64,000 bases of DNA from positions 124,001 to 188,000 of the forward strand of contig NIVC01000464.1 in NCBI GenBank assembly GCA_002269645.1. Direction: 5' to 3'. Below are positions 51,731 to 64,000 of this stretch, in pieces. The stretch comes from Macrostomum lignano (Eukaryota). The translations under genes were made by a program, and so were the position numbers. Numbering within the stretch: position 1 is the first letter of the stretch; each line of letters opens with the position of its first letter. Under the pieces are notes generated by a model. That model was not told the DNA's origin. It did no database searches and saw only the letters and a program-made list of their open reading frames with translations.

Positions 51731-52454
51731 AAATAAAAGTGCAACAAAGAAAACAGTAAATAAAATCAGAACTGTAAAATCAGTTAACCATCTTATTTAA
51801 CAGATTACAGACTAGTTGAAAGCATAAATTCCGGTATTGGATTAGTGGAACACAAACAATTATCACCTGAAAATCGTGTCAAGACTATTTTTAGATCGCA
51901 TGACTGATGACTCATAATTGATAAAATTTATATTACAATTTCGTGTTTCAATGACAATAACAATTAAATAATTTTGGCAGCAAACTGCAAGACAATGCAA
52001 TAAAACTTTTGTACAGTTGATGATATGATGATAGATCGGTATTATTGGTTGACAAAGACACACACAGATAGCCCGAAAAAAACGCTTTTTTGTGTACATC
52101 AATCTATTCGGCATTTAGCACAAGGCTCAGCTTTGATATTCAATACCGTGCTGTGGATGACAAACTATTAAATATATCTGATTATTTATTATGAACATAA
52201 ACTAATTGTACACATATTTGAACAGTTTGGTCTATTGTGAGCAATAATAAAGTAGTTCCCAAGAACTCATCGAATACAAAATATTTAATTTATAGGCTGG
52301 GGCCTAATAAATATATAAATATAATTACTGACTTCTGGGTTGACAAATTTAGGACAAGTTAAACTGGAATAAGAACTTGGAGAGCCGTACAAGCGCATCC
52401 TTGTGAACACCGGCTATCGTTGTGCTTGAGTCAGCTTGACATTTACTGGGATAT

Positions 52455-54110
52455 GGATAGAATGGGATCAGGATAGAATGGGATCCGGATAGAATGGGAG
52501 CAGGATAGAATAGGATCAGGATAGAATAAGGATCAGGATAGTTTAGGATCAGGATACAATGAGATCAGGATAGAATGGGATCAGGATAGAATGGGATCAG
52601 GATAGAATGGGATCAGGATACAATGGGATCGGGATAGAATGGGATCAGGATAGAATGGGATCAGGATAGAATGGGATCAGGATAGAAATGGGGTTAGAAT
52701 AGAATGGAATCAGGATAGAATGGGATCAGGATAGAATGGGATCAGGATAGAATGGGATCAGAATAGAATGGGATCCGGATAGAAATGGGGTTAGAATAGA
52801 ATGGGATCAGGATAGAATGGGATCAGGGTAGAATGGGATCAGGATAGAATGGGATCAGGATAGAATGGGATCAGAATAGAATGGGATCCGGATAGAAATG
52901 GGGTTAGAATAGAATGGGATCAGGATAGAAATGGGGTTAGAATAGAATGGGATCAGGATAGAATGGGATCAGGATAGAATGGGATCAGGATAGAATGGGA
53001 TCAGGATAAAATGGGATCAGGATAGAATGGGATCAGGATAGAATGGGATCAGGATAGAATGGGATCAGGATAGAATGGGATCCGGATAGAAATGGGGTTA
53101 GAATAGAATGGGATCAGGATAGAATGGGATCAGGATATAATGGGATCAGGATATAATGGGATCAGGATAGAATAGGATCAGGATAGAATGGGATCCGGAT
53201 AGAATGGGATCAGGATAGAATGGGATCAGAATAGAATGGGATCAGGATAGAATGGGATCCGGATAGAAATGGGGTTAGAATAGAATGGGATCAGGATAGA
53301 ATGGGATCAGGATAGAATGGGATCAGGATAGAATGGGATCAGGATAGAATGGGATCAGGATAGAATGGGATCAGGATAGAATGGGATCAGGATAGAATGG
53401 GATCAGGATAGAGTGGGATCAGGATAGAATAGGATCAGGATACAATGAGATCAGGATAGAATGGGATCAGGATAGAATGGGATCAGGATAGAATGGGATC
53501 AGGATAAAATGGGATCAGGATAGAATGGGATCAGGATAGAATGGGATCAGGATAGAATGGGATCAGGATAGAATGGGATCCGGATAGAAATGGGGTTAGA
53601 ATAGAATGGGATCAGGATAGAATGGGATCAGGATATAATGGGATCAGGATATAATGGGATCAGGATAGAATAGGATCAGGATAGAATGGGATCCGGATAG
53701 AATGGGATCAGGATAGAATGGGATCAGAATAGAATGGGATCAGGATAGAATGGGATCCGGATAGAAATGGGGTTAGAATAGAATGGGATCAGGATAGAAT
53801 GGGATCAGGATAGAATGGGATCAGGATAGAATGGGATCAGGATAGAATGGGATCAGGATAGAATGGGATCAGGATAGAATGGGATCAGGATAGAATGGGA
53901 TCAGGATAGAATGGGATCAGGATAGAGTGGGATCAGGATAGAATAGGATCAGGATACAATGAGATCAGGATAGAATGGGATCAGGATAGAATAGGATCAG
54001 GATAGAATGGGATCAGGATAGAATAGGATCAGGATAGAATGGGATCAGGATAGAATAGGATCAGGATAGAATGGGATCAGGATAGAATGGGATCAGGATA
54101 GAATAGGGTC
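52455..54110. repeat. 16 bp minisatellite (TAGAATGGGATCAGGA), ~1.65 kb
   Basis: Direct reading. Confidence 0.95.
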
Positions 54111-54137
54111 AAAGAAACAGAATCTTCATAGCAACAA

Positions 54138-57100
54138 TCAAGAGGCCGGAGGCGAAGCAGGCGGACTGGGCGATGGCGAATAGAAGTCAACAGAAGAGGC
54201 GGCGGCGCTGGCGGCCCGGGCGGATGCGCAGTCGCCGTCATTAGATGACAGACAGTCGGCAAAGGTCTCATCTTCGTAGTGCTCGGACGCTGACGCGGCT
54301 CCAGGCAGAATCCGTTCGCTCTGGGTGAAGGTGCGCAGCACCGACTCTTCAACGGAGTGGTCGCCGCGCTCGGCCAGCGCGCTGAGCGAGTCCTCCAAGA
54401 AGCGGCATTTGACGGTGAGCTGGTGCAGGCGGGATCGGCGCAGCTCCTCCTGCTGGGTGATCTGCGCCAGGCAGCTGGACAGAGCGCCAGCCACCTCCGC
54501 TGAGCTTTTGGACAAGGCTCGAAGCTTCGGCTGTACAGCGGACAGGCAGCGGCTGGCGTCGCTTGGAGACTGCGGCTGTTCGATGAGGCGGAGTAAAGAC
54601 TCAACAGCGGCCACCTGGGAGTTTGAGCAGGGTTTTCGCTTTTAAAAGATTCTGAAATAGATTCTAACTTAAACGTAAAAAAATTTAACTTAAACTGAGT
54701 TAATGAAGTACAGGAAATGTTTGCTATGGTGTCAGAATGCTTGAGCTGTAATTGACTGTCTGTGTCAGACTGCTTGAGCTGTAATTGACTGCCTGTGTCA
54801 GAATGCTTCAGCTGTAATTGACTGCCTGTGTCAGAATGCTTCAGCTGTAATTGACTGCCTGTGTCAGAGTGCTCAGCTGTAATTGACTGTCTGTGTCAGA
54901 ATGCTTCAGCTGTAATTGACTGTCTGTGTCAGACTGCTTCAGCTGTAATTGACTGTCTGTGTCAGAATGCTTCAGCTGTAATTGACTGTCTGTGTCAGAC
55001 TGCTTGAGCTGTAATTGACTGTCTGTGTTAGACTGCTTGAGCTGTAATTGACTGCCTGTGTCAGACTGCTTGAGCTGTAATTGACTGTCTGTGTCAGACT
55101 GCTTGAGCTGTAATTGACTGCCTGTGTCAGAGTGCTCAGCTGTAATTGACTGTCTGTGTCAGAATGCTTCAGCTGTAATTGACTGTCTGTGTCAGACTTC
55201 TTCAGCTGTAATTGACTGTCTGTGTCAGACTGCTTGAGCTGTAATTGACTGTCTGTGTCAGACTGCTTGAGCTGTAATTGACTGTCTGTGTCAGACTGCT
55301 TGAGCTGTAATTGACTGTCTGTGTCAGACTGCTTGAGCTGTAATTGACTGCCTGTGTCAGAGTGCTCAGCTGTAATTGACTGTCTGTGTCAGACTGCTTG
55401 AGCTGTAATTGACTGTCTGTGTCAGACTGCTCAGCTGTAATTGACTGCCTGTGTCAGAGTGCTCAGCTGTAATTGACTGTCTGTGTCAGACTGCTTGAGC
55501 TGTAATTGACTATCTGTGTCAGAATACTTGAGCTGTAATTGCCTGTGTCAGAGTGCTTGAGCTGTAATTGACTGTCTGTGTCAGAATGCTTCAGCTGTAA
55601 TTGACTGTCTGTGTCAGAATGCTTCAGCTGTAATTGACTGTCTGTGTCAGAATGCTTCAGCTGTAATTGACTGTCTGTGCCAGAGTGCTTCAGCTGTAAT
55701 TGACTGTCTGTGTCAGACTGCTTGAGCTATAATTGACTGTCTGTGTCAGAATGCTTCAGCTGTAATTGACTGTCTGTGTCAGAATGCTTGAGCTGTAATT
55801 GACTGTCTGTGTCAGAGTGCTTCAGCTGTAATTGACTGTCTGTGTCAGACTGCTTGAGCTGTAATTGACTGTCTGTGTCAGAATGCTTGAGCTGTAATTG
55901 ACTGTCTGTGTCAGAATGCTTCAGCTGTAATTGACTGTCTGTGTCAGACTGCTTGAGCTGTAATTGACTGTCTGTGTCAGACTGCTTGAGCTGTAATTGA
56001 CTGTCTGTGTCAGACTGCATCAGCTGTAATTGACTGCCTGTGTCAGAGTGCTCAGCTGTAATTGACTGTCTGTGTCAGAATGCTTCAGCTGTAATTGACT
56101 GTCTGTGTCAGAATGCTTCAGCTGTAATTGACTGTCTGTGTCAGAATGCTTCAGCTGTAATTGACTGTCTGTGTCAGAGTGCTTCAGCTGTAATTGACTG
56201 TCTGTGTCAGACTGCTTGAGCTGTAATTGACTGTCTGTGTCAGAATGCTTCAGCTGTAATTGACTGTCTGTGTCAGAATGCTTGAGCTGTAATTGACTGT
56301 CTGTGTCAGAGTGCTTCAGCTGTAATTGACTGTCTGTGTCAGACTGCTTGAGCTGTAATTGACTGTCTGTGTCAGAATGCTTGAGCTGTAATTGACTGTC
56401 TGTGTCAGAATGCTTCAGCTGTAATTGACTGTCTGTGTCAGACTGCTTGAGCTGTAATTGACTGCCTGTGTCAGACTGCTTGAGCTGTAATTGACTGTCT
56501 GTGTCAGACTGCATCAGCTGTAATTGACTGCCTGTGTCAGAGTGCTCAGCTGTAATTGACTGTCTGTGTCAGACTGCTTGAGCTGTAATTGACTGTCTGT
56601 GTCAGACTTCTTCAGCTGTAATTGACTGTCTGTGTCAGACTGCTTGAGCTGTAATTGACTGTCTGTGTCAGACTGCTTGAGCTGTAATTGACTGTCTGTG
56701 TCAGACTGCTTGAGCTGTAATTGACTGTCTGTGTCAGACTGCTTGAGCTGTAATTGACTGCCTGTGTCAGAGTGCTCAGCTGTAATTGACTGTCTGTGTC
56801 AGACTGCTTGAGCTGTAATTGACTGTCTGTGTCAGACTGCTCAGCTGTAATTGACTGCCTGTGTCAGAGTGCTCAGCTGTAATTGACTGTCTGTGTCAGA
56901 CTGCTTGAGCTGTAATTGACTATCTGTGTCAGAATACTTGAGCTGTAATTGCCTGTGTCAGAGTGCTTGAGCTGTAATTGACTGTCTGTGTCAGAATGCT
57001 TCAGCTGTAATTGACTGTCTGTGTCAGAATGCTTCAGCTGTAATTGACTGTCTGTGTCAGAATGCTTCAGCTGTAATTGACTGTCTGTGTCAGAGTGCTT

Positions 57101-60100
57101 CAGCTGTAATTGACTGTCTGTGTCAGAATGCTTCAGCTGTAATTGACTGTCTGTGTCAGAATGCTTCAGCTGTAATTGACTGTCTGTGTCAGAATGCTTG
57201 AGCTGTAATTGACTATCTGTGTCAGAATACTTGAGCTGTAATTGCCTGTGTCAGAGTGCTTGAGCTGTAATTGACTGTCTGTGTCAGAATGCTTCAGCTG
57301 TAATTGACTGTCTGTGTCAGAATGCTTCAGCTGTAATTGACTGTCTGTGTCAGAATGCTTCAGCTGTAATTGACTGTCTGTGTCAGAGTGTTTCAGCTGT
57401 AATTGACTGTCTGTGTCAGACTGCTTGAGCTGTAATTGACTGTCTGTGTCAGAATGCTTCAGCTGTAATTGACTGTCTGTGTCAGAATGCTTGAGCTGTA
57501 ATTGACTGTCTGTGTCAGAATGCTTCAGCTGTAATTGACTGTCTGTGTCAGAATGCTTGAGCTGTAATTGACTGTCTGTGTCAGAGTGCTTCAGCTGTAA
57601 TTGACTGTCTGTGTCAGAATGCTTCAGCTGTAATTGACTGTCTGTGTCAGAATGCTTCAGCTGTAATTGACTGTCTGTGTCAGAATGCTTCAGCTGTAAT
57701 TGACTGTCTGTGTCAGAATGCTTCAGCTGTAATTGACTGTCTGTGTCAGAATGCTTCAGCTGTAATTGACTGTCTGTGTCAGAATGCTTGAGCTGTAATT
57801 GACTGTCTGTGTCAGAGTGTTTCAGCTGTAATTGACTGTCTGTGTCAGACTGCTTGAGCTGTAATTGACTGTCTGTGTCAGAATGCTTGAGCTGTAATTG
57901 ACTGTCGGTGTCAGAATGCTTCAGCTGTAATTGACTGTCTGTGTCAGAGTGCTCATCTGTAATTGACTGCCTGTGTCAGAGTGCTCAGCTGTAAGTGCCA
58001 ACCTGATCAACCAGAATCTGCTGGTGCGCCTCGGCGGCCCGGACGGACTCGGCCATTGACCGGATCGGCACAAAGCCGCCGCCGCCGCCGTTTTCCAGAC
58101 CGCCGCCTACGCCGCTGCTGTCGCTAGCAGATCCGGCCGCCTCGATGTCGGTGGCCAACCGGCGGTCGCCGAATTCGATGTGACGCCGAATAGCGGTGAG
58201 CCACAGTTGCCTGGCAACTGGCGAGTCATCCTCCGGCATGCAGCGGAGGGTGTGTCTAGAGGGTGTGGATTGAGATTCTCTGGTCTGGATTGAGATTCTC
58301 TGGTTTGGTTTGAGATTTTCTGCTCTGGTTTGAGACTCTCTGGACAAAGATCTGCAGAATTGATATTTACCTTTCCACTTGAGTCTTGAGAGTCTCCAGA
58401 TTGACATAATGAGATACTCTATTAAATTGAGACATCCAGATTCTCCGAAATGAGACGGTGAAATTCTTTAAATTGAATGCCGATTCAAATTCTAAACTCA
58501 GTGGAAAGAGCTCGGAGGCGACTCAGTTTCCCCGCCTTTTTCCCCGCTCTCCTCTGCTAAGGGTAGATAGATATAATGGGCAGATAGAGATAAGAGGCAG
58601 ATAGAGATAAGGGTAGATAAAGATAAGATTAGATAGAGATAAGAGCATATAGAGATAAGGGGCAGACAGGGATATAAGGAGCAGATAGAGATTAGGGTAG
58701 ATAGATATAAGCGGCAGATAGAGATAAGGGTAGATAGAGATAAGGGTAGATAGAGATAAGGGGCCGATAGAGACAAGGGGCAGATAGAGATAAGGGTAGT
58801 GCCAATATACACTATAATAAGCATATGCAATAAATACCTGGCGCCATTGCTGAAGCAGACAACAAGACAATCGGCTTGCACATCCGTGCTGGTCACCACG
58901 CTGCCATTCAATGCCCGTTGAAACGCCAGACTCTGGGTTGCTCTGTACTGTCCGCCAGATTTTGACGCCCGATAATACCTGAGCTCGGCGTTGTCCAATT
59001 CTACGTGTATAGTCCGCCAGCCTAGCAACAAGAAGGCGGCTTTCTTCTGCATCAGACCGGACCGAGGCGCGGGCGGGTCCCGGTGCAGCAGGGACGGTAG
59101 GCTGGGCACCGAGGCGAGCAGCTGGCGCATCGCTGAGCTGACAGCCAGATCAGCTGGACAGCAACCGGCCAGGTTTCGTTTAGACGGATCGGCGCCTCGC
59201 TCTAATAACTGTACTGCTAATTGGCTGCGGTTGGATCTGGCAGCCAGGTGTAGCGGCGTGTTGCCGTACCGGTCTGTGCAGTGCAGGTCTGGCGGGCAGG
59301 TCAGGCCTGCGCGAGAGGGGGGGCATGGATATGCTCAGGGACTGCTCAGACACTGCTCAGAGGCTACTAAAGAGTTGATCAAGTGCTGCTCAGAGGCTGC
59401 TTGGTTACATGCTGCTTAGGGGTTACTCAGGGGTTGGTCAGATGCTGCTCAGGGGTTAGTCAGGGGTTGGTCATGTCCTGCTCAGGGGTTAGTCAGGAGC
59501 TGCTCAGGGGTTAGTCAAGGGTTGGTCAGGGGTTAGTCAGGTGCTGCTCAGGGGTTAGTCAAGGGTTGGTCAGGGGTTAGTCAGGTGCTGCTCAGGGGTT
59601 AGTCAGGGGTTGGTCAGGGGTTGGTCAGGTGCTGCTCAGGGGTTAGTCAGGTGCTGCTCAGGGGTTGGTCAGGTGCTGCTCAGGGGTTGGTCAGGTGCTG
59701 CTCAGGGGTTAGTCAGGAGCTGCTCAGGGGTTAGTCAGGTGCTGCTCAGGGGTTAGTCAGGTGCTGCTCAGGGGTTAGTCAGGGGTTGGTCAGGAGTTAG
59801 TCAGGAGCTGCTCAGGGGTTAGTCAGGGGTTGGTCAGGTGCTGCTCAGGGGTTAGTCAGGGGTTGGTCAGGTGCTGCTCAGGGGTTAGTCAGGGGTTGGT
59901 CAGGTGCTGCTCAGGGGTTAGTCAGGGGTTAGTCAGGGGTTGGTCAGGTGCTGCTCAGGGGTTAGTCAGGTGCTGCTCAGGGGTTACTCAGGGTTTGGTC
60001 AGGTGCAGCTCAGGGGTTAGTCAAGTGCTGCTCTTGGGTTACTCAGGGGTTAGTCAAGTGCTGCTCTTGGGTTACTCAGGGGTTAGTCAGGTGCTGCTCT

Positions 60101-60792
60101 TGGGTTACTCAGGGGTTAGTCAGGTGCTGCGCAGGGGTAACTCAGGGAATCAGAATAACTGCTAAGAGGCGGCTCCTACGATTCGTAAAGTCGGTTTCTC
60201 TTAATTCCCAAGTCTGTTTAGTGAAGATTCTCAATGTCTAAGGCTTTCAATTACCCAGCAGTTGGTCCGCGGTGCCGCAGTCACCAGCCTGAGCAGCCGC
60301 TAGCAATCTCTGCTCCAGCTGTTTGCCAGCGTGAATCTCAGCGGCAGCAATCATGTCGGCAACCTCAGGCGTTTTAGCCAAATCTGACGGGGTCTGATTG
60401 GCGTAGTTTGTCAGGCGGACATCGCAGCCGGCGTCTAGGAGGATTCGAACCACGGACGACCGGCCAGTATAGCTGGCCTTGTGCAAAGGAGTGTCGCCAT
60501 TGTCGGCTGGGGCGTCGACATCGGCGCCATGTTCCAGCAGGAATCGGCAGGCCTCAGAGTGGCCAAAGAAAGCAGCCAGGTGCAGCGGAGTCCAACCAAA
60601 GAAGCTCTTGGAGTAGCTGGGTAGGTTCAAGCTGAAGCCGGGCATTGCTCGGTTGAGGCTGAGCAATTGTTGCAAATCGTCTACTGAATTGTTTCTGGCG
60701 CACTGGCTCACCAGCTCGCGAAGCTCATCCAGCTCTAGCAGGCAGCCGTTGGCATAGTCCGTTTTCGCCTCAGGCTGGTGGCACTCGGTCAT
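54138..60792 (-). CDS. OSBPL1A: ORP1L/OSBPL1-like protein: ankyrin repeats, PH domain, helical region and FFAT-like motif; no ORD domain visible
   Basis: Exons 60792-60255, 59306-58838, 58255-58003, 54614-54138 with consistent phases. ANK repeats GWTPLHLAAFFGH, GDTPLHKASYTGR, QRLLAAAQAGD, GNTPLHLAA follow the ORP1L N-terminus. PH-like GLMQKKAAFLLLGWRTIHVELDNAELRYY...QLWLTAIRRH. Acidic EHYEDETFADCLS is FFAT-like. Confidence 0.75.
54725..57992. repeat. 33 bp minisatellite (TGACTGTCTGTGTCAGAATGCTTCAGCTGTAAT), ~3.3 kb, ORP1L-like intron 3
   Basis: About 98 units. Confidence 0.95.
58560..58800. repeat. Purine-rich AGATAGAGATAAGGG repeat, ORP1L-like intron 2
   Basis: Direct reading. Confidence 0.8.
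59415..60140. repeat. 11/22 bp minisatellite (CAGGGGTTAGT and CAGGTGCTGCT), ORP1L-like intron 1
   Basis: Direct reading. Confidence 0.9.
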
Positions 60793-60829
60793 GGCTGCAA
60801 GGTTAAGCTAGCTAATCAGAATATTTAGA

Positions 60830-64000
<3,171 letters not shown>

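Noticed and set aside
55727-56514. QSDTDSQLQLK repeat proteins
   Set aside because: 33 bp satellite inside an intron whose flanking splice sites join in frame without it.
54138-60792. Functional linkage (co-regulated cluster) of ORP1L-like and DCTN1
   Set aside because: They act in the same Rab7-dynein pathway in mammals, but they are ~36 kb apart with unrelated genes between, and proximity alone is not evidence.

Overview
Eukaryotic (animal) genomic DNA. GC-rich exons with canonical GT-AG introns are separated by introns and intergenic spacers filled almost entirely with distinct tandem repeats. This architecture suggests a flatworm such as Macrostomum (inference only). Five conserved genes lie on the minus strand: dynactin p150Glued (DCTN1, 13 exons, 622-18022), mitochondrial glutamyl-tRNA synthetase (EARS2-like, 4 exons, 18854-24276), UBE2S (2 exons, 25784-27167), ZNRD2/SSSCA1 (50703-51284) and an ORP1L/OSBPL1-like ankyrin+PH+FFAT protein that appears to stop before any lipid-binding ORD domain (54138-60792). 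Between them, at 35.0-49.0 kb, is a cluster of five two-exon genes that the ORF track captures only as fragments or unspliced ORFs. They encode small, secreted, Lys/Arg-rich proteins, each with a signal peptide ending at a Cys (G|C in four, C|C in one) and a phase-1 intron just downstream. Three look like cationic amphipathic/glycine-zipper peptides and two are charged coiled coils; this is the most novel-looking system here. The EARS2 first coding exon has no usable ATG but starts in phase 0 at a strong 3' acceptor, as expected if a flatworm spliced leader ending in AUG supplies the start codon. Mobile DNA includes two decayed mariner elements, several MITEs, two tRNA-derived SINE families, two decayed RTE-like RT fragments, a DIRS-like fragment and a 5'-truncated but open non-LTR RT-RNase H ORF (61250 to window end). 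All splice sites, translations and repeat periods were read by eye; no database search was run.
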